DNA of 32,000 bases from Candidatus Electrothrix yaqonensis (GCA_047651235.1 CP178758.1:1530001-1562000); one strand, 5' to 3'; shown: positions 1 to 8,025, counted from the first letter of the stretch. Notes: a model not told the origin generated them from the sequence alone. Numbers and translations are program-made.

Positions 1-201
1 TTTGTTGCCGGTTTATTTCGGCTCCGGCAGGGTTCGACACGTTTCGTCCATCGGCTCACGCTGGATTTACCGACTCCGAAACGGGCTGCGGTTTTTTCGA
101 AACTCAGACCGTCCCGCTCTTTGACTTCCAAAATTTTACGGCGAAAATCTATTGAATATGTCATGCCGATATAATACTCATTTTATTCTGCTTCAGCTAT
201 A
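1..201 (-). mobile_element. IS630-family element, 5' part only (left IR plus transposase N-terminus), cut by the window edge
   Basis: Bases 1-321 are the exact reverse complement of 7203-7523 (checked over 1-120 and the ends). The IR TATAGCTGAAGCAG lies on the reverse strand at 188-201, and the transposase ATG on the reverse strand at 162-164. Confidence 0.85.
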
Positions 202-214
202 TCAGAGCCTTGGA

Positions 215-321
215 TATAGCTGGAGCAACATAATTTGAATATGCCCACAAGAGGCATAAGTTTTGCCTTCACGCCTTTCAGATAGCTGATCCTGTATTCA
301 GTTTATACTGCTCCAGCTATA
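215..321 (-). mobile_element. 107-bp MITE with IS630-type terminal inverted repeats (copy 1)
   Basis: Perfect 13-bp TIRs, TATAGCTGGAGCA and TGCTCCAGCTATA. The sequence matches the copies at 7203-7309 and 8026-8132. It is flanked by TA and has no coding capacity. Confidence 0.8.
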
Positions 322-850
322 AGACAACGTTCCTTGTCATCAGTCCAGCTTTTCGGTAAATACAGCCGATAGTCGATTGGCGTGGAAAAACGGCCATATC
401 CCAAAGTCGCGAACACTGCTACCTGACAGTTGTCGGTTTTACCAAGCTGCCCGCACCATTGACGAGAAACCCCAACAGACATTTTACCCTTTTTGGGTAT
501 CCCGGATTCATCAATAAAAAGAGCGCTATCTTCCTTTCCTCCAAAAATGTTATCCGCATCTTTAGCTACTTGGTTGTTTACAGGACGCCAATCCCAGTTC
601 GATTCGGAAAGAAAATACTGGAGGGGCTCATATTTAACGCCCGGAACCTTTTCCTCCATACGTTCCATGTTTTTTTGTCAGACTGGAATAAACCTTTCAA
701 GTATTGGAATGCTTTATCTGACAAACTTACTGTATGTCTCTTAAAAAAGAGATGATATCTTTCGTGAAAAGACGTAAGTTGCCGGGCGATGCCGGTCAAC
801 TCAAAGAATTTGTCATGGGGACTTCTTTTTTCGGGGCTGGGAGCGTTCAT
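322..850 (-). pseudogene. IS701-family DDE transposase, N-terminal fragment (two frames joined at a T7/A7 run at 670-676)
   Basis: The translation contains QYFLSESNWDW and ALFIDESGIPKKGKMSVGVSRQWCGQLGKTDNCQV, the classic IS701-family N-terminal/first-Asp region. The upstream frame (578-850) carries the family N-terminus up to QSDKK. Confidence 0.75.
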
Positions 851-1025
851 AAAAAGAATAAAGTTATAATCAGGGCGATTGACGGGTATTTTTTTGATAG
901 CTGTTATCAGGTGCTAGCTTGATCAAAAAGCGATAAAATCTTCCTAATGAAAGATACAACTTTATCCGGATATTGCAAGAAGTTTTTACAAATAGATCAA
1001 AAGGTTATGGTTGACAAAGTAGAAG
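322..1025 (-). mobile_element. IS701-family element copy A: left end and 5' half, truncated at 321/322 by the MITE/IS630 insertion
   Basis: The terminal sequence CAAAGTAGAAG at 1015-1025 matches the ends of copies B and C. The internal sequence is near-identical to 15544-16250. Confidence 0.8.
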
Positions 1026-1097
1026 TAAACCCAGTTGCTTTAGATTTCCTTTGCAGATTAATTTTAAAGTGTTCGATCTGCATCTGGATAAAATTAT

Positions 1098-1967
1098 TCA
1101 GCCTAAATTGGAGGTTACCGCCGCAACAGCAAAAAACTCCACCCCGTGTCGATCTGACCCCTTGATTAATTCCGGTGCCTCTCTCCAGCTATGTTTCTGC
1201 AAGAACGACGAAAGCTCTTCAGGCCGGATACTCCACACCCACGGCTCGCCGACAACTCTTTGCAGCCAAAGCATCAACCCGGTCCACCTCCCCACATATG
1301 GCCGACCATCTTCGCCGCTGGGAATGTAGGAAAAGGCGATGCGCGATCCCTGACCGACACTTGCCGCGCATTGCCTGAACAAGGATTGCACAGCTTCCGT
1401 TGGTAAATACATGACAAGCCCTTCGGCAAGGATAACGCTTTGCGCAGTTACGTCCCAATTCGCATTTGTTCCCAGCACATCAGACAGTTCCCTCTCACCC
1501 AAATCCTCAGCGATCAGATGCAAATTCTCACTTGCTCCTAACGCCTCAATCCCTTTCTGTTTCAGAGAAGATGTGGCCGGATGATCAATTTCAAAAAAAT
1601 GTACGCCCGGAAACTCCGGTGCCAATCGACAGCACAGGGTATCATATCCTGCTCCGAGGACAAGCACCTGGGTCGCTCCGCTGCTGATACTGTCTCGTAC
1701 CTGCTGTTCACAGAAGGCCTTGCGATGGGCAAATGCCTCAAACTGACCCGGCAACATCCAGTCAAAGGCTTCATACACAGCAATCATTCTGGGAGAGCGG
1801 GCCAACCGGACTGTCCTTTCCCCGGCAGCACCTGATGCAACAAGTAACTGTGCCGTGGCATCAACAATCCCGTGCGGAAGAACCGCGTCCATTCCGGGTT
1901 GAGAGCCAAGAGTGACAATGTTCAGAGCGACCTTGCGGGCCGTCATGCTCGGTTTGTTGTGCTTCAT
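1098..1967 (-). CDS. Class I SAM-dependent methyltransferase (leucine carboxyl / TIGR00027-like O-methyltransferase family)
   Basis: 289-aa ORF. Contains VLVLGAGYDT (SAM-binding glycine motif), EIDHP and ILAEGLVMYL, typical of the LCMT/PF04072 family. Its start overlaps the stop of the upstream gene by 4 nt. Confidence 0.75.
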   Translation of the reverse strand: MKHNKPSMTARKVALNIVTLGSQPGMDAVLPHGIVDATAQLLVASGAAGERTVRLARSPRMIAVYEAFDWMLPGQFEAFAHRKAFCEQQVRDSISSGATQVLVLGAGYDTLCCRLAPEFPGVHFFEIDHPATSSLKQKGIEALGASENLHLIAEDLGERELSDVLGTNANWDVTAQSVILAEGLVMYLPTEAVQSLFRQCAASVGQGSRIAFSYIPSGEDGRPYVGRWTGLMLWLQRVVGEPWVWSIRPEELSSFLQKHSWREAPELIKGSDRHGVEFFAVAAVTSNLG

Positions 1968-2542
1968 CTGATAATTTTTACGATTTCAGCTTCCTTTCTC
2001 TTGGGCACAGGAGGGATGTTTTCCGGGTAGCCCAGGATGATCGGGGCAACAATTGTACAGTTGTCCGGTATCGCCAGCTCCTTCAGCATCTCTGGGTCAT
2101 GTATCTCAGTGCCGAGATTCACCCAGCATGTTCCCAAGCCTCTGGAGCTTGCCGCCATCATGAAATAACTGGCTGCCAAGGCACAATCGACAGAGAGATT
2201 CTTCAGATGAGAAAGTCCGAGAATCATCACCAGACATGGCGCATTGTAGAAGACATTGAACGATTCATTCTCCAGCATCCCTTGGTATTTCTTGGCATAA
2301 TCATCGGGATTGGCGGCAATGCGGGCCAGGATGTTTTTCTTGCTCTCGTCCGAGATTTTCTGCAGCATCTCCCTGTTGTTAACGATGATAAACTTCCAGG
2401 GCTGCTCGTTCCCTGCATTGGGGGCAAGCGTGCTTTCCTTGATCATCTCCTGGATAAGATCGACAGCTACAGGTTTGTCCTGGTATTTCCCTACGGAGCG
2501 TCGATTCTTGAGTAACTCTTTAAATGTCATAATGTTATCCAC
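1964..2542 (-). CDS. Nitroreductase-family protein
   Basis: 192-aa ORF with RRSVGKY near the N-terminus, a PNAGNEQPW motif and typical nitroreductase length. It overlaps the downstream methyltransferase start by 4 nt (1964-1967), which suggests an operon. Confidence 0.8.
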   Translation of the reverse strand: MDNIMTFKELLKNRRSVGKYQDKPVAVDLIQEMIKESTLAPNAGNEQPWKFIIVNNREMLQKISDESKKNILARIAANPDDYAKKYQGMLENESFNVFYNAPCLVMILGLSHLKNLSVDCALAASYFMMAASSRGLGTCWVNLGTEIHDPEMLKELAIPDNCTIVAPIILGYPENIPPVPKRKEAEIVKIIR

Positions 2543-2578
2543 CGAGATTCTGATTGGATGAGGTCGTTTTGCCGTAGC

Positions 2579-3583
2579 CTATCTAGTAACCCTGAATAAT
2601 ACAAACGACGGAATCAGCATTTCACTTTTAATTTTACGATAGCCTGCTTTTTTTAGCTGATCATGTATTTGCTTTGGACTAGGAAGAGGGCCGTAGCCAT
2701 CTGTCATGGAGGTCCATAAATTCATAAGACTCAGAGATGGATCCTTCCCCTTACACATACTTGTTAATATTAATTCGCCACCGGGCTTTAAATGCTCCCC
2801 AAGTTCTTTTAAAAGATCAATTCTTTCATCAAGAGGGAAGTAATAGATAAGATTATAAAATGTAACCAGATCAAAATCTGACTTGCTTTCATATTTTCGA
2901 ATATCTGTATTTTCAATATCGACGCGATCTTCAAAGTCCCAGGTTTTAATATTTTCTCTTGCGAAATCCGCAACGCTTTGCTGAACTTCCAAGCCAACCG
3001 CAGTTAATAAGGGATTCAGTTCACAGGCACGTTTAATATAAATTCCTGAGCCACAACCGACCTCCAACAATCGATAGGGTTTGCTTTTGGGTATAATTTT
3101 ATCAACAACATCAAGCAAAACAGGCTCAAGTGTTCGTGAGGATCTGGCAACTAGTTCCCCATGAGCTTCGCTGTATTTAAACTGCATATTTTTTTTGAGC
3201 ATTGAAGGTGTATTAACAATAAAATTATAAAAAACCTCAGATCGTACTTGTAAAAACGCATGCCATGTATCATTGGATGGCTTTACAAGTTCTTTAGAGA
3301 GTTTGCCTTTAATGGAATACCCCCTGGCGCTTTTTTTAAGTTCACCAAGACTGACACCTAAATCGAGCCACGCCCTGAGGCCTTCAGAATTGAAATCCGA
3401 TTGAAATAATTTTTGTATTTCCTCAAATGTAGCAGGCTTAGATTGCATGATATCATACATGCCTTCAGAAATTGCCGTTAAGACAAAACCTGTACGACAG
3501 GTCTCTTTAGTTAATTTGCCGATACGGAGCATCAGCATTACAGGTGTGTTCGAAAAGAATTTAATTAATGATTTTATCGCCAT
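2579..3583 (-). CDS. Class I SAM-dependent (O-)methyltransferase with N-terminal helical/dimerisation region
   Basis: 334-aa ORF with LLEVGCGSGIY (motif I), a DLVTFYNLIYYF acidic-loop region and LKPGGELIL (motif III). It is visibly more AT-rich than neighbouring genes. Confidence 0.75.
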   Translation of the reverse strand: MAIKSLIKFFSNTPVMLMLRIGKLTKETCRTGFVLTAISEGMYDIMQSKPATFEEIQKLFQSDFNSEGLRAWLDLGVSLGELKKSARGYSIKGKLSKELVKPSNDTWHAFLQVRSEVFYNFIVNTPSMLKKNMQFKYSEAHGELVARSSRTLEPVLLDVVDKIIPKSKPYRLLEVGCGSGIYIKRACELNPLLTAVGLEVQQSVADFARENIKTWDFEDRVDIENTDIRKYESKSDFDLVTFYNLIYYFPLDERIDLLKELGEHLKPGGELILTSMCKGKDPSLSLMNLWTSMTDGYGPLPSPKQIHDQLKKAGYRKIKSEMLIPSFVLFRVTR

Positions 3584-3710
3584 ATGAACTCCTTGATAAG
3601 AAAATTTGCCTTGTGGGTTATGATTAAAAACACATAACGTTTAGCTGTGCCGCCCTGCTTTTTGGGTCGGCACAAGTGGTTGTCTGGGCAGCATGATAAC
3701 TGCTTACAAA

Positions 3711-4202
3711 TTAATATATTCCAGGAATCAACCTATATCGTACCCGTCGTACATATACTTTATATCCTCTCAATTCTTCATGAAGCGTTCTGTCTTCTAT
3801 TTTCGTTCTTATCACGGCGATTATTATGGCTATGACTACTGGAATCAATGTCCACACTGAACCTAAAGCAAGAACAATACCTGGAAGTGCCAACATATTT
3901 CCGGCATAGCCCGGATGTCGCACAATCCGATAGGGACCACTGTCACACACTACATGCCCTCGGTCCACCTGAATACGCACCACGCTGGAGAAAAAGCGAT
4001 TCTCTATCAATGCCCACTCAGCGAAAGCGTATCCGATCGAGATCAAAAGGAAACCGAGCATGATGAGCCACAACGGGAATACGGGTGACCAGCCAAAACG
4101 ATGATCTAACCCGGCCACAATGACAAGTGGGAAACTCACACTCAGTGCCATCAATGGTGCAAGTACTTTGTCCCAAGCTTTCGCGCCTTGGACTTTCTCC
4201 AT
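3711..4202 (-). CDS. Isoprenylcysteine carboxyl methyltransferase (ICMT/PEMT)-family membrane protein, probably 5'-truncated by IS copy B
   Basis: Contains GPYRIVRHPGYAGNML plus several hydrophobic helices. The listed ORF start (4265) lies inside IS-derived sequence (IS end at 4223), so the first non-IS Met is at 4202. The reading frame stays open into the IS. Confidence 0.65.
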   Translation of the reverse strand: MEKVQGAKAWDKVLAPLMALSVSFPLVIVAGLDHRFGWSPVFPLWLIMLGFLLISIGYAFAEWALIENRFFSSVVRIQVDRGHVVCDSGPYRIVRHPGYAGNMLALPGIVLALGSVWTLIPVVIAIIIAVIRTKIEDRTLHEELRGYKVYVRRVRYRLIPGIY

Positions 4203-4222
4203 ATTTTGTCGTTCAGCTGTTA

Positions 4223-5400
4223 CTTCTACTTTGGCACTCACAAAGGCTGTGGTAATAATTTGCAATTCCGTTGTTTCTCATATGCGAAATCAATCGAAGC
4301 TTGCCTCTTTTCATGCCGTTGACAAAGCTGTCTTATAACTTCATCTTCGTTTACATCTCGACGTGGAAAATTGACTTGAGTAATGTTGTTATATCAGCGC
4401 AACTCAATAACGGGACACCGACTTGATGGTATAATCGTTGCTCGACCATAAACAACATGGCCATCATGACCATAGTCATATGATGATGCCAAGCCAGCCA
4501 TCCCCGAGCCTGATAATCACCCATTCCACATTCATTTTTTGCATCCTGAAATGGCCGTTCAACCCAATATCGTTGAGCTTGCATATATGCAAGTCGTCTT
4601 GTTGACGTGTTACTTTCCGCATTACTTAGGCTATATTTAATTTTTTTCGGGGACTTAACCTCACGTCTGACAACTAATTCTACTTTGGTGACCATACCAT
4701 TAACTATTTAATAATATTAATAATACTAAAAACAGGGGTTTTTAAATACTTAATAAAAATAAGCTAGTTATGTTTATGATCGCCAAAGTAGAACTACTTG
4801 ACAGTTGTCGGTTTTACCAAGCTGCCCGCACCATTGACGAGAAACCCCAACAGACATTTTACCCTTTTTGGGTATCCCGGATTCATCAATTAAAAGAGCA
4901 CTGTTTTTCCTCCCTCCTAAAAGTTTATCTGCATCTTTAGCTACTTGGTTGTTTACAGGACGCCAATCCCAGTTCGATTCGGAAAGAAAATACTGGAGGG
5001 GCTCATATTTAACGCCCGGAACCTTTTCCTCCATACGTTCCATGTTTTTTTGTCAGACTGGAATAAACCTTTCAAGTATTGGAATGCTTTATCTGACAAA
5101 CTTACTGTATGTCTCTTAAAAAAGAGATGATATCTTTCATGAAATGACGCAAGTTGTGGGGCGATGCCGGTCAACTCAAAGAATTTGTCATGGGGACTTC
5201 TTTTTTCGGGGCTGGGAGCGTTCATAAAAAGAATAAAGTTATAATCAGGGCGATTGACGGGTATTTTTTTGATAGCTGTTATCAGGTGCTATCTTGATCA
5301 AAAAGCGATAAAATTTTCCTAATGAAAGATACAACTTTATCCGGATATTGCAAGAAGTTTTTACAAATAGATCAAAAGGTTATGGTTGACAAAGTAGAAG
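4223..5400 (-). mobile_element. IS701-family element copy B: both ends present, catalytic middle replaced by a 116-bp AT-rich insert
   Basis: The ends are CTTCTACTTTGGCAC (4223-) and GACAAAGTAGAAG (-5400). N-terminal transposase fragment at 4797-5225. C-terminal fragment at 4351-4677 with YWVERPFQDAKNECGMGDYQARGWLAWHHH (Y-x2-R-x3-E region). Confidence 0.8.
4678..4793. mobile_element. 116-bp AT-rich MITE-like insert carrying the same termini as the IS701-like element
   Basis: It starts TTCTACTTTGGTG (4678-4690) and ends CGCCAAAGTAGAA (4781-4793). These are inverted repeats of each other and match the IS termini. The interior is non-coding and very AT-rich. Confidence 0.6.
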
Positions 5401-5441
5401 TGAGACATTCACTGAGAAGCCGCTTCAACTTGTTGTAAAGT

Positions 5442-5469
5442 TGTCGGAACACCTACCCTATGAAGAGGG
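5442..5469 (+). repeat. Hairpin repeat copy R1 (3' tail diverged)
   Basis: TGTCGGAACACCTACCCTATGAAGAGGG. It shares the GTCGGAACACC leader and the TACCCT-ATGAAG-AGGG stem-loop with R2-R4. Confidence 0.75.
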
Positions 5470-5526
5470 GGGAAGACAAAGAGGCGGTCCTTGTGATCAC
5501 CTTTTTTTTCTCGTTACTCTCCAGAG

Positions 5527-5556
5527 TTGCAAGTATCACCCAATATCAGCTACAAT
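5527..5556 (+). promoter_or_regulatory. Candidate sigma70-type promoter for the vapBC-1 cassette
   Basis: TTGCAA (5527-5532), an 18-nt spacer, then TACAAT (5551-5556), about 60 nt upstream of the antitoxin ATG at 5618. Confidence 0.4.
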
Positions 5557-5617
5557 AGTTTGTAGAGATCATACCCTTCACGCAACGAAATTACGCAGAC
5601 ACGAGGAAATAAACATT

Positions 5618-5884
5618 ATGGACGCAGTACTTGAACAGCTTCTTGAGGATGCTGGTGGTCTCCCGAAGGAAATGCAAAAAGAGGCACTAAACTTTGTGCG
5701 TTTTCTGAAAAGCAGGTTACCCACTCAGCAGTCTCGGGCAAAAGAACAGAAACCCAATGGTGAAAAATTGATCCGTTTGCTCCAGGAAGCCTCAGGAAAA
5801 AAATTATTCTCTCATATTCAGGATCCGGCTGCCTGGCAGCGGGATCTGCGCTGCGACAGATCTCTTCCGGGGAGAGAAGCCTGA
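5618..5884 (+). CDS. DUF2281-type antitoxin (VapB-like partner of the downstream PIN toxin)
   Basis: The internal Met at 5618 has a GAGGAA RBS 8 nt upstream. Contains LPKEMQKEALNFVRFLKSR and the C-terminal WQRDLRCDRSLPGRE signature. The stop overlaps the vapC ATG. The longer listed ORF (from 5441, TTG) starts inside repeat R1 and is not credible. Confidence 0.7.
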   Translation: MDAVLEQLLEDAGGLPKEMQKEALNFVRFLKSRLPTQQSRAKEQKPNGEKLIRLLQEASGKKLFSHIQDPAAWQRDLRCDRSLPGREA

Positions 5885-6243
5885 TGCTTCTTGATAGCAA
5901 TATTATTATTTACTCCTTTCTTCCTGAATTTCAAATTCTTCAGGAAATCTTGAGGAACAGCGAGGTTTCCTGTTCCGTCATCAGCTGTGTGGAAACTCTG
6001 GGGTATCACGCACTGTCAGAAGATGAACAACATTACTTGCAATTGTTCTTTGAGACGATTGCAGTATTACCGATAACGCAGTCTGTTATCGACACAGCCA
6101 TTGTATTGCGCCAACAGAGAAAAATGTCGTTGGGGGATGCTCTGGTCGCGGCTACGGCCCTTGAGCACCATCAGACTCTTGCGACACGAAATGTTAAAGA
6201 TTTTGAATGGGTGGAGGGGCTGAAGGTGATTAATCCTCTCTGA
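5884..6243 (+). CDS. vapC: PIN-domain toxin VapC
   Basis: 119 aa. It has the MLLDSNIIIY N-terminal acidic motif and a C-terminal LGDALVAATA...LATRNVKDF. It is translationally coupled to the upstream antitoxin. Confidence 0.85.
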   Translation: MLLDSNIIIYSFLPEFQILQEILRNSEVSCSVISCVETLGYHALSEDEQHYLQLFFETIAVLPITQSVIDTAIVLRQQRKMSLGDALVAATALEHHQTLATRNVKDFEWVEGLKVINPL

Positions 6244-6280
6244 CAACTGCCTATCCTATGAAGAGGGTATTAAGATGTAG
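6241..6280 (+). repeat. Hairpin repeat copy R2
   Basis: TGACAACTGCCTATCCTATGAAGAGGGTATTAAGATGTAG. It begins with the vapC stop codon. The stem TATCCT/AGGGTA carries one C-to-T change that still pairs as G-U in sense RNA. Confidence 0.8.
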
Positions 6281-6307
6281 GGGCGACCGGTCGGTCGCCC
6301 TTTTTTT
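6281..6307 (+). terminator. Rho-independent terminator after vapBC-1 and R2
   Basis: GGGCGACC-GGTC-GGTCGCCC stem-loop followed by T7 (6301-6307). Confidence 0.8.
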
Positions 6308-6388
6308 GTGCCCCCGAAAAACATCAGTCAAACACAAGAACAAGGAAATGCTCTGTACGCCTGTCATGGAATGAGATATAATTGATCC

Positions 6389-6682
6389 ATGATACAGTCG
6401 TTCAAAAACGCGGGTACAGAAGATATTTTTGACGGCTCAGCATCCCGAGCTGCAAGAAAATGCTGTCCGAAGTCCATTTGGCCTGTGGCCCGTCGAAAGC
6501 TGGATCAAATTAACCGAATCAGAGAAATCGGTGAACTCAGGATTCCTCCTGGAAACCGCCTGGAACGCCTCAGAGGTGACCGGGATGATCAATACAGCAT
6601 ACGAATTAATCAGCAGTATCGAATCTGCTTTCAATGGGAGAACAGCCATGCATGCGAAGTCGAAATCACTGACTACCACTGA
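6389..6682 (+). CDS. higB: HigB-family toxin (RelE/ParE superfamily, plasmid-maintenance killer protein)
   Basis: 97 aa with RKLDQINRIREIGELRIPPGNRLERLRGDRDDQYSIRINQQYRICFQWE...VEITDYH, a near-consensus HigB (PF05015) signature. Confidence 0.9.
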   Translation: MIQSFKNAGTEDIFDGSASRAARKCCPKSIWPVARRKLDQINRIREIGELRIPPGNRLERLRGDRDDQYSIRINQQYRICFQWENSHACEVEITDYH

Positions 6683-7011
6683 AAGACCAGCTGGTCGGCG
6701 CCTGCCCCGGCAACGCCCTCCGACGCATCCCGGCGAGATGCTTGCCGAGGAGTTTGTCAAACCCCTGGGTATAACAAGAAAAGAACTTGCTCGACGTTTA
6801 GATGTTTCATACTCTTCTCTTATTGATATCGCTCAAGGAGCGACGCTCAATAACTCCATACACCGCCCTTCGGCTATCTCAGGTGCTCGGTATGTCAGCG
6901 GACTTCTGGTTGGGGCTCCAGCAGGATTGGGATCTTTGGCACGCCATGAACAGCCCTGAAGCAAAAAAGATTTCCCGTTTAAAACCCATTGCAACGCTTG
7001 CGAATAAATAA
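6648..7011 (+). pseudogene. higA: HigA-family HTH antitoxin, apparently frameshifted within the HTH (about 6825-6845)
   Basis: The N-terminal part sits in the frame of ORF 6429-6959 (PTHPGEMLAEEFVKPLGITRKELARRLDVSYSSLIDIAQG). The C-terminal part sits in the frame of ORF 6802-7011 (RRSITPYTALRLSQVLGMSADFWLGLQQDWDLWHA). The total of 364 nt is not a multiple of 3. Confidence 0.7.
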
Positions 7012-7012
7012 T

Positions 7013-7088
7013 CCACCCCCAAAGGGGGTGGTATTGGGTTTACCCCTAAAAGGGGATAAGGATGCCTCTTGCCCCCAGAGGGGGCGAG
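7013..7088. repeat. Three tandem C-run / 3-nt loop / G-run hairpins
   Basis: CCACCCCC-AAA-GGGGGTGG (7013-7031), CCCCT-AAA-AGGGG (7043-7055) and CTTGCCCCC-AGA-GGGGGCGAG (7068-7088, one G-U). Confidence 0.7.
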
Positions 7089-7107
7089 GTGTTGTCCCCG
7101 ATTTAAA

Positions 7108-7200
7108 TTAGAATAACCGTAGTTGGTTACGTTCGGCTTGGCGTTCTTTTTCTTCCTGATACTTTACGTAGCGACGTATTTTCTCAGCGCCTAAACCTAC
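7108..7200 (-). pseudogene. C-terminal remnant of an IS200/IS605-type (Y1) TnpA or RAYT-like transposase, truncated by the MITE at 7203
   Basis: The minus-strand translation VGLGAEKIRRYVKYQEEKERQAERNQLRLF* resembles the conserved TnpA C-terminus (STVG..e.vr.YI..QE.ed...dql.l). There are only 30 codons, so the assignment is tentative. Confidence 0.45.
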
Positions 7201-7202
7201 AG

Positions 7203-7309
7203 TATAGCTGGAGCAGTATAAACTGAATACAGGATCAGCTATCTGAAAGGCGTGAAGGCAAAACTTATGCCTCTTGTGGGCATATTCAAATTATGTTGCT
7301 CCAGCTATA
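7203..7309 (+). mobile_element. 107-bp IS630-type MITE (copy 2)
   Basis: Same sequence as 8026-8132 and the reverse complement of 215-321, with TIRs TATAGCTGGAGCA and TGCTCCAGCTATA. Confidence 0.8.
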
Positions 7310-7322
7310 TCCAAGGCTCTGA

Positions 7323-8025
7323 TATAGCTGAAGCAGAATAAAATGAGTATTATATCGGCATGACATATTCAATAGATTTTCGCCGTAAAATTTTGGAAGT
7401 CAAAGAGCGGGACGGTCTGAGTTTCGAAAAAACCGCAGCCCGTTTCGGAGTCGGTAAATCCAGCGTGAGCCGATGGACGAAACGTGTCGAACCCTGCCGG
7501 AGCCGAAATAAACCGGCAACAAATATTGACATGGAACTGCTCGCCCGTGATGTTGAACTGTATCCCGATGCGTATCAGTATGAACGGTCGGAACGGTTCG
7601 GATGCAGCCAGCGCGGTATAGGGGAAGCTCTGAAACGCCTGAAAATCAGCCGTAAAAAAAACTCTTTCGCATCCGAAGGCGGATGAAAAGAAACGCTCTG
7701 TCTTTGTCGATAAAATCAGCACATATGAGGAATCCGGTTTTCCTCTGATTTATATTGATGAAAGCGGCTTCGCTCATGATATGCCGCGCACCTGCGGATA
7801 TGCGCCCGTAGGTGAACGATGCTCCGGTATTCATAATTGGCGGGAGAAGGGCCGTATCAATGCTGTCGGCGCACTGTCCGGGAAAAATCTGCTGACGGTG
7901 ACTCTGTTCGACGGGACCGTCAATTCCGATGTGTTTTATGCATGGATCAGGCAGGATTTATTACCGAAACTGCCTGAACGCAGTGTGGTTGTCATGGACA
8001 ACGCCTCTTTTCATAAACGTCGGGA
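7323..8025 (+). mobile_element. IS630-family element, left IR and about 60% of the transposase gene, truncated by MITE copy 3
   Basis: The left IR TATAGCTGAAGCAG at 7323 closely resembles the MITE TIR. The transposase sequence stops abruptly at NASFHKRRD, before the usual PPYSPDLNPIE region carrying the third catalytic residue. Confidence 0.8.
7360..8025 (+). pseudogene. IS630-family transposase (HTH N-terminus plus partial DDE domain), two frames joined at an A8 run, 3'-truncated
   Basis: Frame 1 (7360-7686) has the HTH region GLSFEKTAARFGVGKSSVSRW. The next frame continues TLSHPKADEKKRSVFVDKI...LIYIDESGFAHDMPRTCGYAPVGERC...SVVVMDNASFHK. The frames meet at A8 (7654-7661). Confidence 0.8.

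Noticed and set aside
3646-3672. Hairpin GTGCCG...CGGCAC between the ICMT-family gene and the O-methyltransferase-like gene as a terminator
   Set aside because: The stem is only 6 bp with a 14-15-nt loop, and no adjacent U-tract is present on either strand.
4203-4265. First 21 codons of the listed ICMT-family ORF (3711-4265)
   Set aside because: Codons upstream of 4223 are the terminal sequence of IS701 copy B (the same bases as in 16505-16544). The apparent start is therefore an artefact of the insertion.
5441-5617. N-terminal 59 codons of the listed 147-aa ORF (5441-5884)
   Set aside because: The TTG start lies inside repeat R1, and the segment spans the predicted promoter. The antitoxin homology and a good RBS begin at the Met at 5618.
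6429-6959. 176-aa ORF overlapping higB and higA
   Set aside because: Only its central part (from the ATG at 6648 to about 6840) carries HigA homology. Its upstream part is out of frame within higB. Its tail is the wrong frame of higA after the frameshift.
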